DNA of 64,000 nucleotides from Herminiimonas sp. (GTDB taxonomy: Bacteria > Pseudomonadota > Gammaproteobacteria > Burkholderiales > Burkholderiaceae_D), in NCBI GenBank assembly GCA_028292265.1, contig JAQGMR010000017.1, positions 7,855-71,854 on the forward strand, given 5' to 3'. Position numbers and translations under genes: made by a program. Shown one piece after another: positions 31,631 to 41,592 of this stretch. How positions within the stretch are numbered: position 1 is the first letter of the stretch; every line of letters starts with the position of its first letter. The notes beneath the pieces are model-generated. The model ran no database searches, was not told the DNA's origin, and worked only from the letters and a program-made list of their open reading frames with translations.

Positions 31631-33094
31631 TTACGATTCGCCGCTCAGCCGGGACGAAAACTCGACGCCGATTTCCCGCCAGTGTTCCCGTTCCTTCTCC
31701 AGCCAATAGGACAGGGTGGGATGGTCCACGACCCATTCCCGCTGGATTTCAACGTCGATCCTGGTCTTCATTTTTACGCGCACGCCTTCAAGTTTGGCAT
31801 CGAGGCGTGAATGCATGAACAGGACCGCCAGACGCATGGCCAGGATGGCCCGGTTCAGGTCGGCGTTGGCCAGCGCGTCGCTTACCTTGCGCAGGTTGCC
31901 CTTTTGCCCGAGTACCAGCGTGCCCATCATCCGCTGTTCACGCGTCGTGAAGCCCGAGAGATCCGCATTCTCAACAAGGTAGGCGCCGTGCTTGTGATAG
32001 CCACTATGCGACACCGACATCCCGACCTCATGTAGCAGCGCGCTCCAGTACAAATGGCGCAATAGATTGTCGGAGCTCGGCTTCAATTGCAGAAACAGTG
32101 TTCGTGCCATGTCCCCGACCCGATTTGCCCTGGTTTCGTCAACGTGAAACCGCTGAAGGAATTCCCGTACTGCAATCTCGCGGCGATCCCGGCGGGTTGA
32201 GCGCAGCGTCAGGTCGGTTAACACGCCCATGCGCAAGCCGGCCTCTATGGGGGTTATCGACTGTATGCCAAGCTGTTGCATCAAGCCGATCAGGACCGCA
32301 AGGCCGCCCATGATGACGCCGGCCCGGTCCGGTTTCATGCCCGCCAGTTCTACTTTCGATGCATTTCCGAAGCCGATCAGGCGGTCGCGCAAGGCGTCGA
32401 CGCTATGTCGGGAGACTGTACCGTCGCCGATGCCATTTTTTGCGATGGCGTCCGCAATGGCCCGGACGGTGCCCGATGATCCATACGCCTGGCTCCACTT
32501 GCTCGCCGAATAGTCAGCGGCAACGTCCTCGAAGCGGCTGCACGCCGAGAGGACTGCGGCGTTAAAGGTCGATGCATCGATTCGTCCCTGCGGGAAGAAG
32601 CCGATGCTTTGGCTAACCGTGCCAATTGTGAAGGATTCGACCTTCTCAATCTCGGACCCAACCCCCAGGATCAGTTCGGTTGATCCACCGCCAATATCGA
32701 TGACCAGCCTGCGCTCCTGGGAAGCGGGCAGCGCGTCTGACACGCCGAGATAGATCAGGCGCCCTTCCTCCTCGCCGGAGATGATTTCAATCGGATAACC
32801 GATCGCCTGCTCCGCCTGCGGCAGGAACATGGCCCGGTTGTGTGCAATGCGAAGCGTGTTTGTCGCAACCACCCGGACGCTGGTTACCGGAAATTCAGCA
32901 AGGATTGTAGAGAACCGGGCGAGGCAGTCTATCGCGCTGCGCATGGCCTGCGGCGTGAGGTTGCCTTTTTCATCCAGGCCGGCGCCTAGCCTGATCGGGT
33001 CCCGTGCCGACTTCACAATGCGGATTTTTCCGCCCGCCAGTTCGGCAATGTGCAGGCGAAAACTGTTGGAGCCAAGGTCAACTGCAGCAAGCAT
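31631..33094 (-). CDS. ppx: Exopolyphosphatase Ppx/GppA
   Basis: N-terminal MLAAVDLGSNSFRLHIAE (ASKHA fold) and a C-terminal HD-like region LLHEVGMSVSHSGYHKHGAYLVENADL. Confidence 0.93.
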   Translation of the reverse strand: MLAAVDLGSNSFRLHIAELAGGKIRIVKSARDPIRLGAGLDEKGNLTPQAMRSAIDCLARFSTILAEFPVTSVRVVATNTLRIAHNRAMFLPQAEQAIGYPIEIISGEEEGRLIYLGVSDALPASQERRLVIDIGGGSTELILGVGSEIEKVESFTIGTVSQSIGFFPQGRIDASTFNAAVLSACSRFEDVAADYSASKWSQAYGSSGTVRAIADAIAKNGIGDGTVSRHSVDALRDRLIGFGNASKVELAGMKPDRAGVIMGGLAVLIGLMQQLGIQSITPIEAGLRMGVLTDLTLRSTRRDRREIAVREFLQRFHVDETRANRVGDMARTLFLQLKPSSDNLLRHLYWSALLHEVGMSVSHSGYHKHGAYLVENADLSGFTTREQRMMGTLVLGQKGNLRKVSDALANADLNRAILAMRLAVLFMHSRLDAKLEGVRVKMKTRIDVEIQREWVVDHPTLSYWLEKEREHWREIGVEFSSRLSGES

Positions 33095-33551
33095 TCATTC
33101 GTCTCAGTGATCCGCGGTAGGGCACGCAGGTATAGGCAGAGTATCGCCTGTTAAGCATGGACAGTAAATTCTCGATGACGGAAATTGCTGCACCGCCAGA
33201 AGGTGGAGAGACCTCCACCTGACAGGCGGGAGGAACTGTCGCTGTCTCGGTTCCCCATGAATCGCCCGCCACGATCAGGTGCTTTGATTTGATATTCGTC
33301 AAACATCAGGCACGTTCATTTGAACTGTTCCTGTCTTTCCGCTTGGCAGCATAGGAAAATGCTCGTCCGGATTTTCCCCTTGGAAGGACCCTGTTTGCCA
33401 AGTGCCAACATTTACGAGCCTCAACGATTCCTATATCCTCGAGCGACTATTGTCCGCACTGCCGCATGCCGTTTAAGCAAGTAAAACCAGCGGGATGCAT
33501 ACAGCGCCTGCCGTTGAAGCGAAGCCGCCTTAAGGCCCACGCACCGGGGCC

Positions 33552-36500
33552 ATGACGGCAGCTTGCCGCGGATTGAACCAATTTATTGTCGGGAGACATT
33601 TTTCGATGGAACAGCTTCTTGCGCCACCGTCCGCTTCGGCCAACAACCCGGGTAGCGCTAACCAGATGGACATGCAGGCCCTGCTTGTCGCCTTGCAGGC
33701 CTACCGCAACGGCGATTTTTCGAAGCGGATGCCGGCTGACTGGACCGGCCTGTCCGGCAAGATCGCCGATACGCTCAATGAAATCATCGATATGTCGAGC
33801 AGCACCATCACCGAATTCGAGCGTGTCGCGCGGCTAGTCGGCAAGCAGGGCAAGGTCGGCGAGCGGATCGAACTGCCGATGATGCGTGGGTCATGGGAAA
33901 AGCTGGTCGATTCCAGCAATGCGCTGGCCAATGACCTGGTCAGCCCCATGAATGAAATGATCAGCGTTATTTCCGCGGTAGCAGATGGCGATCTGAGCCC
34001 TCAGGTGCCAATGGAAATCGACGGTCTGAAGTTGAAGGGACAGTTTCTTAAATCGGCCGAGATCGTCAACACCATGGTGGCGCGACTCGGCTCCTTCGCC
34101 TCGGAGGTCACGCGCGTGGCGCGCGAGGTCGGCACCGAAGGCATTTTGGGTGGCCAGGCCGAAGTCAAGGGCGTGTCCGGTACGTGGAAAGACCTGACCG
34201 ATTCCGTGAACGGGATGGCGGCGAACCTCACCACGCAGATGCGCAACATCGCCTATGTGACGACGGCGGTGGCAAAGGGCGACCTTGGCAAGACCATTAC
34301 GGTTGAGGCCAAGGGCGAGATCCTTGAATTGAAAAACACCATCAACACGATGGTGGACCAGCTCTCTTCCTTCGCCGCCGAAGTGACGCGCGTGGCGCGC
34401 GAAGTCGGTACCGACGGCAAGCTCGGCGGCCAGGCAGAAGTGGCGGGCGTGTCCGGCACCTGGCGCGACCTGACCGAGTCGGTCAACGGCATGGCGGCCA
34501 ACCTCACCACGCAGGTCCGAAACATCGCTGATGTGACGACCGCGGTGGCAAACGGCGACCTGTCGCGCAAGATCACGGCGGAAGCCAAGGGCGAGATCCT
34601 GCAGCTGAAAGAAACCGTCAACACCATGGTGGACCAGCTCTCCACTTTCGGCGCCGAGGTAACCCGTGTGGCGCGCGAGGTTGGTACCGAAGGAAAGTTG
34701 GGCGGACAGGCCGAGGTGCGCGGCGTGTCCGGCACCTGGCGTGACCTGACGGAATCGGTGAACGGCATGGCGGCCAACTTGACCAACCAGGTGCGAAACA
34801 TCGCGCAGGTGACGACCGCTGTTGCGAATGGCGACCTCGGCAAGAAAATTACGGTCGATGCGAAGGGCGAGATTTTCGAACTCAAGAGCACCATCAACAT
34901 CATGGTGGACCAGCTTTCGTCCTTCGCCGCCGAGGTAACACGCGTCGCGCGCGAAGTTGGTACCGAAGGAAAACTGGGTGGCCAGGCGGAAGTGAAAGGC
35001 GTATCTGGCACGTGGAAGGACTTGACCGAGTCGGTCAATGGCATGGCAGCCAACCTCACGACGCAGGTGCGTAACATCGCCGACGTCACAACCGCCGTGG
35101 CAAACGGCGACCTCGGACGAAAAATTACAGCAGAAGCCAAAGGCGAAATTCTTGAGCTCAAGGACACCATCAACACCATGGTGGACCAGCTCTCTACCTT
35201 CGCCGCCGAGGTCACCCGCGTGGCGCGTGAAGTGGGTACCGAAGGAAAGCTCGGCGGGCAAGCCGAGGTGAAGGAAGTGTCGGGCACGTGGCGCGACTTG
35301 ACGGAATCCGTCAACGGCATGGCGTCCAACCTGACCAACCAGGTGCGAAACATTGCACAGGTGACGACCGCCGTGGCGCGGGGCGATCTTGGCAAGAAGA
35401 TTACCGTGGAAGCCAAGGGCGAGATTCTCGAACTCAAGAGCACCGTGAACATTATGGTGGACCAGCTCTCCTCCTTCGCCGCCGAAGTGACGCGGGTGGC
35501 ACGCGAGGTGGGTACCGACGGCAAGCTTGGTGGCCAGGCCGAAGTATCCGGCGTGTCCGGCACGTGGAAAGACTTGACCGACTCCGTGAATGGCATGGCG
35601 GCCAACCTAACCAGCCAGGTCCGCAACATTGCGGACGTGACGACCGCCGTGGCGAACGGCGACCTCTCCCGCAAGATTACCGCCGAAGCCAAGGGCGAGA
35701 TTTTACAGCTGAAGGAAACTATCAACACCATGGTGGACCAGCTCTCCACCTTCGCCGACGAGGTCACCCGGGTGGCGCGTGAGGTGGGTACCGACGGCAA
35801 GCTGGGCGGCCAAGCGAAAGTCACTGGCGTGGGCGGCACGTGGAAAGATTTGACCGACTCGGTCAACAGCATGGCGGCCAACCTTACGAACCAGGTGCGT
35901 AACATTGCCGACGTGACGACCGCGGTGGCGAAGGGCGATCTCGGCCGCAAGATTACGGTCGAAGCCAAGGGCGAGATCATGGAGTTGAAGAACACCATCA
36001 ACACGATGGTGGACCAGCTCTCGACCTTTGCCGACGAAGTCACGCGTGTGGCACGCGAGGTAGGAACGGAAGGCAAGCTGGGTGGCCAGGGCCAGGTGCC
36101 CGGCGTGGCTGGAACCTGGAAGGACTTGACCGACTCGGTCAACATGATGGCCTCCAACCTCACGTCGCAGGTGCGAAACATCGCGCAAGTGACGACGGCG
36201 GTTGCGAACGGCGACCTGACCAAGAAAATTACGGTCGATGCGCGCGGCGAGATCATGGAGCTGAAAAACACCATCAACATCATGGTGGATCAGCTCTCCA
36301 CCTTCGGCGCTGAGGTAACGCGCGTAGCGCGTGAGGTGGGTACTGAAGGAAAGCTGGGCGGCCAGGCCGAAGTGGCTGGCGTTTCCGGCACATGGAAAGA
36401 CTTGACCGACTCGGTCAACGGCATGGCGTCCAACCTCACCGCCCAGGTCCGGAACGTGGCCGAGGTGACGATTGCCGTGGCCAACGGCGACCTCTCGCGC

Positions 36501-39500
36501 AAGATCACGGTGGACGTGCGCGGTGAATTCTTGCAGTTGAAGGAAACCATCAACACGATGGTGGACCAATTGCGTTCCTTCGCTTCCGAAGTAACACGGG
36601 TGGCGCGTGAGGTCGGTACGGAAGGCAAGCTCGGCGGCCAGGCCTATGTGACAGGCGTGGCGGGAACGTGGAAGGACTTGACCGACTCGGTCAACATGAT
36701 GGCGTCGAACCTGACCGACCAGGTGCGTAACATCGCGCAGGTGACGACCGCCGTGGCAAACGGCGATCTTGGCAAGAAGGTGACGGTGGACGTGAAGGGA
36801 GAAATCCTGGAACTCAAGAGCACCGTGAACATTATGGTGGACCAGTTGAATTCCTTCGCCGCCGAGGTAACGCGGGTGGCGCGCGAAGTTGGCACCGAAG
36901 GGAAGCTGGGCGGACAGGCCGAAGTGCGTGGCGTGTCCGGAACCTGGAAAGACCTGACCGACAACGTGAACTTCATGGCGGCCAACCTGACCAACCAGGT
37001 CCGCGGTATAGCCAAGGTGGTGACCGCCGTTGCAAATGGCGACATGAAGAAGAAGTTGACGGTGGAAGCCAAAGGCGAAATCGCCGAACTGGCCGACACG
37101 ATCAATAACATGACCGACACGCTGGCCCTGTTCTCGGACCAGGTAACGTCAGTGGCCCGCGAGGTGGGCGTCGAAGGCAAGCTCGGTGGACAGGCCAATG
37201 TGCCGGGCGCCGCCGGCACCTGGAAAGACCTGACCGACAACGTTAATGGCCTCGCCGCCAACCTGACCAACCAGGTGCGCGCGATCGCCGACGTGGCAAC
37301 CGCCGTGACCAAGGGCGACCTGACTCGTAACGTGCAAGTCGATGCAAAGGGCGAAGTCGCCGAACTGAAAGACAACGTGAACGAGATGATCCGCAACCTG
37401 CGCGAAACCACGCGCCAGAATGCGGACCAGGATTGGCTCAAGACCAACCTCGCCAAATTTACGCGCCTGTTGCAGGGACAGCGTGATCTGGCGGCCGTGT
37501 CGCAGATGGTGCTGTCCGAACTGGCGCCCCTGATCAACGCGCAGCACGGCGTGTTCTACATGATGGATGAAAGCCAGATGCACAACCCGCATCTGCGTTT
37601 GCTGTCGGCCTATGCGCATGGCGCCAACGTCGCCAAGGAATGGCGCCTGCGCGAAGGACTGATCGGCCAGTGCGCCTTTGAGAAGAAGCGCATTCTGCTG
37701 TCGAACGTCCCTTCCGGTTATGTATCGATTACGTCGGGCCTCGGCGCCGCCGTGCCGCTCAACCTGATCGTGCTGCCGATCCTGTTCGAGAACAAGGTCA
37801 AGGCGGTGGTGGAGATGGCGTCGTTCACCATGTACAGCGCCATCCACCAAACCTTCCTCGACCAGCTCGGCGAATCGATTGGTATTGTGTTGAACACGAT
37901 CGAAGCCAACATGCGGACCGAGGAGCTGCTGAAGCAGTCACAGTCGCTCGCGCAAGAGCTGCAGGCGCAGCAGGAAGAGCTGCGCCAGACCAACGAGGAA
38001 CTGGAAGACAAGGCCGGCCTGCTGGAAGAGCAGAAGGCCGAGGTTGAGCGCAAGAACCGCGAGGTTGAAATCACCAAGCTGTCGCTGGAAGAAAAGGCGG
38101 AACAACTGACGCTGACGTCCAAATACAAGTCGGAATTCCTGTCCAGCATGTCGCATGAGTTGCGTACGCCATTGAACAGTTTGCTGATCCTGGCGCAGCA
38201 ATTATCAGAAAACGGCGACAAGAACCTGACAGCACGCCAGGTTGATTACGCCCGAACCATACTTGGTTCCGGACGCGACCTGCTTGGCCTGATCAATGAA
38301 ATCCTCGACCTTTCCAAAATCGAGTCTGGCACCGTCACGCTGGACTTCACCGAAGTCGGCTTTAATGGTCTGCACGATCAAATCGAACGCACGTTCCGTC
38401 CAATGGCGGATAGCCACGGGCTCGGGTTCGCGGTCGAACTTGGCGCGGGCCTGCCGGGCTCAACGTGGACTGACGAAAAACGCCTGCTGCAGGTGGTGAA
38501 GAATCTACTTTCGAACGCGTTCAAATTTACCGAGCATGGTGAAGTGCGGCTTTGCATTCAGCCTGCCCTGGCCGGTTGGAGCGTGGACCACACCGGCCTG
38601 AACAATGCCGATACCGTCATTTCCTTCGTGGTCAGCGATACCGGCATTGGCGTTTCGGCCGACAAGCAAAAGCTGATTTTTGAAGCGTTCCAGCAAGCAG
38701 ATACGGGCACATCGCGCAAGTACGGCGGGACCGGACTTGGGCTGTCGATCAGTCGCGAACTGGCCCGCCTGCTAGGCGGAGAACTGCGGCTAGTATTGTC
38801 GGAACTTAACCGCGGAAGCACCTTCGCGCTATTCGTACCGTTGCGCACGGTAGAGGCTGCGCATCCACTTCCGCTTCCGTCAAGCGATGACGTTGAACGT
38901 CGCCATTTCCAGCGCGACCTCACGCCCCAGCCGATCCAGGCGCTGGATGACCGCGACAGTGTCCATGCCGGAGACCGGGTCGTACTGATCGTCGAAAACG
39001 ACGCTCGCTTTGCCGGCATTCTGCTCGGCGTGGCCCGCAAGAACAATATGCTTGGTGTGATTTGCGCTCGGGGCAACGACGTTCCGGAAATGGTGGAACG
39101 CTTCTCCCCAATCGCCATCACGCTCGAAATGCACTTGCCTGACGTAGATGGATGGACTGTGCTGGAGCGCTTGAAGCGCAACCCCATGACCCGTCACATT
39201 CCAGTCCAGGTGATGTCGGCGGACGACGACCGCCTGCGCGGCCTGCGCTACGGTGCGCTGGAGTACCTGGTCAAACCTGTAACCGAAGTTGAGATTAATA
39301 GTGTGTTGGCCGGTATTGCGAGTTTCGCGCAGCGCAGAACCAGGGAACTGCTGCTTGTCGCCAGCGATGAATCGCAGCGTATGGCGCTTGAGGAAATGCT
39401 CGCCAGTCCGGACCTGAAGATCAAGCCGGTCGCAAGTGGAAAGGAAGCGCTGGCTGCGCTGAAAAAGCGCCGGTTCGATTGCATGGTTCTCGACCCGATG

Positions 39501-40145
39501 CTGTCTGATATGGCCGCAACCGGTCTGCTCAAGGAGATCGACGGGCAAGAATCTGCGCGGCGCATGCCCATCATTCTGTACGGACTTGGCAACGCGCCCC
39601 GGAACGAGCAGGACGCCATCCGCTCCTTCGGCAACCGCGGCCTGCTGCGTGAAGTGCAGTCGCCCGAGCGCCTGCTCGATGAAACCGCGCTGCTGCTGCA
39701 TCGCGAGGTCAGCAGTCTCCCCAAAGAGCAGCGCATGTTGATCGAGGACTTGTACGAAGGCTCGGCCAGCCTGGAAGGAAAGCGGGTGCTGGTTGTCGAC
39801 GACGACGTTCGCAATATCTTCGCGCTAACCAGCGTCCTGGAGCGCAACAAGATGGAGGTAACGTCGGCCGAGAATGGCAGGACGGCAATTGAACTGTTGC
39901 ATCAGTTTTCAGATACGGACATTGTCCTCATGGACATCATGATGCCGGAGATGGATGGCTTCGAAACCATGCGACGCATTCGCAAGTTGAAGCAGTTCGA
40001 GAACCTTCCCATGATTGCCCTGACCGCCAAGGCGATGAAGGGTGACCGCGAGAAGTGCATCGAAGCGGGCGCCTCGGACTACGTTAGCAAGCCAGTCGAT
40101 ACGGACCGTCTGCTGTCGCTGATGCGCGCATGGCTTTACAGGTGA
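33552..40145 (+). CDS. Giant soluble hybrid sensor histidine kinase: poly-HAMP array (~27 HAMPs), GAF, coiled coil, HisKA, HATPase_c and three receiver domains
   Basis: 2197 aa with no TM segment. The tandem 92-aa units read like [95 protein letters not shown]-like region follows (~aa 1300-1445). The H-box is [12 protein letters not shown] (His codon 38154-38156) and the G2 box is [17 protein letters not shown] domains sit at ~aa 1809-1925, 1931-2050 and 2077-2197. An alternative start is ATG 33606. Confidence 0.95.
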   Translation: MTAACRGLNQFIVGRHFSMEQLLAPPSASANNPGSANQMDMQALLVALQAYRNGDFSKRMPADWTGLSGKIADTLNEIIDMSSSTITEFERVARLVGKQGKVGERIELPMMRGSWEKLVDSSNALANDLVSPMNEMISVISAVADGDLSPQVPMEIDGLKLKGQFLKSAEIVNTMVARLGSFASEVTRVAREVGTEGILGGQAEVKGVSGTWKDLTDSVNGMAANLTTQMRNIAYVTTAVAKGDLGKTITVEAKGEILELKNTINTMVDQLSSFAAEVTRVAREVGTDGKLGGQAEVAGVSGTWRDLTESVNGMAANLTTQVRNIADVTTAVANGDLSRKITAEAKGEILQLKETVNTMVDQLSTFGAEVTRVAREVGTEGKLGGQAEVRGVSGTWRDLTESVNGMAANLTNQVRNIAQVTTAVANGDLGKKITVDAKGEIFELKSTINIMVDQLSSFAAEVTRVAREVGTEGKLGGQAEVKGVSGTWKDLTESVNGMAANLTTQVRNIADVTTAVANGDLGRKITAEAKGEILELKDTINTMVDQLSTFAAEVTRVAREVGTEGKLGGQAEVKEVSGTWRDLTESVNGMASNLTNQVRNIAQVTTAVARGDLGKKITVEAKGEILELKSTVNIMVDQLSSFAAEVTRVAREVGTDGKLGGQAEVSGVSGTWKDLTDSVNGMAANLTSQVRNIADVTTAVANGDLSRKITAEAKGEILQLKETINTMVDQLSTFADEVTRVAREVGTDGKLGGQAKVTGVGGTWKDLTDSVNSMAANLTNQVRNIADVTTAVAKGDLGRKITVEAKGEIMELKNTINTMVDQLSTFADEVTRVAREVGTEGKLGGQGQVPGVAGTWKDLTDSVNMMASNLTSQVRNIAQVTTAVANGDLTKKITVDARGEIMELKNTINIMVDQLSTFGAEVTRVAREVGTEGKLGGQAEVAGVSGTWKDLTDSVNGMASNLTAQVRNVAEVTIAVANGDLSRKITVDVRGEFLQLKETINTMVDQLRSFASEVTRVAREVGTEGKLGGQAYVTGVAGTWKDLTDSVNMMASNLTDQVRNIAQVTTAVANGDLGKKVTVDVKGEILELKSTVNIMVDQLNSFAAEVTRVAREVGTEGKLGGQAEVRGVSGTWKDLTDNVNFMAANLTNQVRGIAKVVTAVANGDMKKKLTVEAKGEIAELADTINNMTDTLALFSDQVTSVAREVGVEGKLGGQANVPGAAGTWKDLTDNVNGLAANLTNQVRAIADVATAVTKGDLTRNVQVDAKGEVAELKDNVNEMIRNLRETTRQNADQDWLKTNLAKFTRLLQGQRDLAAVSQMVLSELAPLINAQHGVFYMMDESQMHNPHLRLLSAYAHGANVAKEWRLREGLIGQCAFEKKRILLSNVPSGYVSITSGLGAAVPLNLIVLPILFENKVKAVVEMASFTMYSAIHQTFLDQLGESIGIVLNTIEANMRTEELLKQSQSLAQELQAQQEELRQTNEELEDKAGLLEEQKAEVERKNREVEITKLSLEEKAEQLTLTSKYKSEFLSSMSHELRTPLNSLLILAQQLSENGDKNLTARQVDYARTILGSGRDLLGLINEILDLSKIESGTVTLDFTEVGFNGLHDQIERTFRPMADSHGLGFAVELGAGLPGSTWTDEKRLLQVVKNLLSNAFKFTEHGEVRLCIQPALAGWSVDHTGLNNADTVISFVVSDTGIGVSADKQKLIFEAFQQADTGTSRKYGGTGLGLSISRELARLLGGELRLVLSELNRGSTFALFVPLRTVEAAHPLPLPSSDDVERRHFQRDLTPQPIQALDDRDSVHAGDRVVLIVENDARFAGILLGVARKNNMLGVICARGNDVPEMVERFSPIAITLEMHLPDVDGWTVLERLKRNPMTRHIPVQVMSADDDRLRGLRYGALEYLVKPVTEVEINSVLAGIASFAQRRTRELLLVASDESQRMALEEMLASPDLKIKPVASGKEALAALKKRRFDCMVLDPMLSDMAATGLLKEIDGQESARRMPIILYGLGNAPRNEQDAIRSFGNRGLLREVQSPERLLDETALLLHREVSSLPKEQRMLIEDLYEGSASLEGKRVLVVDDDVRNIFALTSVLERNKMEVTSAENGRTAIELLHQFSDTDIVLMDIMMPEMDGFETMRRIRKLKQFENLPMIALTAKAMKGDREKCIEAGASDYVSKPVDTDRLLSLMRAWLYR
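34101..37412 (+). repeat. Twelve head-to-tail 276-bp (92-codon) in-frame tandem repeats, each encoding a di-HAMP unit
   Basis: Counted directly. Unit 1 starts at codon 184 ([11 protein letters not shown]) and unit 12 ends at codon 1287 (NLRETT), so 12 x 276 = 3312 bp exactly. A degenerate 96-aa unit and a lone HAMP precede it (aa ~44-183). Confidence 0.95.
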
Positions 40146-40149
40146 CTCC

Positions 40150-41343
40150 ATGGGACACGCCATGAAAATCGAACATCAGGAAGTGCCCGTCTTCACGAAC
40201 ACGCGCGTGCACCAGGCGCCGGTCGCGCCAGATGGCGTGCCAGCCTCTGTGCTGGTGGTCGACGACAATCCGGCCAAGCAAAAAGCCATTGTCGCCGTCG
40301 TATCGCGCCTTGGCGTCCAGGTTACCACTGCCAACTCCGGGCGCGACGCCCTGCGCCTGCTGCTCAAGCAGGACTTCGCCGTCGTTCTGCTCGACGTCAA
40401 GATGCCCAACATTGATGGCTTCGAAACCGCAACGCTGATCCACGGCCGACCGCGCTCGGCCCACACGCCTGTCATCTTCATTACGGCGGAGGCCGATTCG
40501 GACTCCGAGCGTTTTCTCGGGTACACGATGGGTGCGGTCGACTATATCTTCTCGCCTATCGTTCCCGAGGTGCTGTGCGCCAAGGTACGCGTCTTCGTCG
40601 ACCTTTGGTACATGCAGCGAAAGCTGATACTCCAAACCGACGAACTGCGTGAATCGAAGGTGCTGTTGCAGCAACTCGCGTCCCACCAGGAGATCATCAA
40701 GGAAGAGGAACGCAAGCGGATTGCCCGCGAAATCCACGACGAGCTTGGACAAAACCTGCTTGCTTTGCGGATCGACGCGTCCATGCTGCATGCCCGCACG
40801 GGCAGCATGCATCCGAAGCTGAATGAAAAGGCAGAGTACGCGCTCAAGCAGATCGACGCGACCATCAAAAGCGTGCGAGCCATCATCAACGACCTGCGCC
40901 CGCCGGTACTGGACCTCGGCTTGCAAGCGGCGATCGAATGGCAGCTCAAGGAGTTTCAGCGCCGCAGCAACATACCCTGCCAGCTACAGGTGCAGAGTGA
41001 AGACTTCGACCGCTGTCTCGATGAAAAGCGGGCGACCGCCCTGTTCCGCATTCTTCAGGAATCGCTGACCAATGTAACGCGCCATGCCAAGGCGAGCGCT
41101 GTGCGCATTGAAGTTAGCCGCGACGCGACACGCCTCTACATGAACATCAGCGACAACGGTATTGGAATGCAGCAGAACGGCACGAAGCGCGGCAACTCCT
41201 TTGGACTGCAAGGTATCAAGGAACGGGTCCGCATGCTGGATGGAGAACTGAAGCTGGAAAGCGACCCTGGCTGCGGCACGACGCTCAAGGTTTCGATACC
41301 GCTGGACCTGCTGCCGACCGGCCCGTCCGAGTCGCGGGTCTGA
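40150..41343 (+). CDS. Receiver-fused HisKA_3 (NarX/DesK-type) histidine kinase
   Basis: It starts 4 nt after the stop of the giant kinase. REC motifs are VLVVDDNPAKQ and VLLDVKMPNIDGFE. The HisKA_3 H-box is EERKRIAREIHDELGQNL and the ATPase G-box is GNSFGLQGIKERV. There is no TM segment. Confidence 0.9.
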   Translation: MGHAMKIEHQEVPVFTNTRVHQAPVAPDGVPASVLVVDDNPAKQKAIVAVVSRLGVQVTTANSGRDALRLLLKQDFAVVLLDVKMPNIDGFETATLIHGRPRSAHTPVIFITAEADSDSERFLGYTMGAVDYIFSPIVPEVLCAKVRVFVDLWYMQRKLILQTDELRESKVLLQQLASHQEIIKEEERKRIAREIHDELGQNLLALRIDASMLHARTGSMHPKLNEKAEYALKQIDATIKSVRAIINDLRPPVLDLGLQAAIEWQLKEFQRRSNIPCQLQVQSEDFDRCLDEKRATALFRILQESLTNVTRHAKASAVRIEVSRDATRLYMNISDNGIGMQQNGTKRGNSFGLQGIKERVRMLDGELKLESDPGCGTTLKVSIPLDLLPTGPSESRV

Positions 41344-41389
41344 TCGTGGAGCGGCACCCGGCGAGCCTGCCGCGGCCCGCAAGAATCCC

Positions 41390-41578
41390 TCAGGTATTGC
41401 GTCTTGGGTAGCCCTGCGCAGTAATGCGTGTCCAGACCGCGTCCTTCTCTTCTTCGGTCATCGCGACCCAGTGCGCGACTTCGAGCACAGTCCGTCCACA
41501 GCCCCTGCAGATTTCGTCGAAGGTCGTCGAACAAACCGCTACGCAGGGTGTGTCGGGCCGAAGCTTGTGTTCAGACAT
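41390..41578 (-). CDS. DUF1289 family small Cys-rich protein
   Basis: 62 aa. PCVAVCSTTFDEICRGCGRTVLEVAHW matches the remembered DUF1289 Cys pattern. Confidence 0.7.
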   Translation of the reverse strand: MSEHKLRPDTPCVAVCSTTFDEICRGCGRTVLEVAHWVAMTEEEKDAVWTRITAQGYPRRNT

Positions 41579-41592
41579 GGTAGAGGTAGAGC

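Noticed and set aside
34101-37412. Regular 276-bp repeats that might be mistaken for a CRISPR or satellite array.
   Set aside because: The repeats are contiguous with no spacers, in frame, 276 bp long, and encode conserved HAMP units inside one ORF.
33891-37537. Very long minus-strand ORFs (33891..35261, 34253..36283 at 676 aa, 35703..36569, 36644..37537) opposite the giant kinase.
   Set aside because: They lie antisense to the HAMP repeat array. Their translations are themselves periodic ([12 protein letters not shown]...), reflecting the repeat and the GC-rich codon bias of the sense strand. No independent motifs support them, while the plus-strand frame has unmistakable kinase domains.
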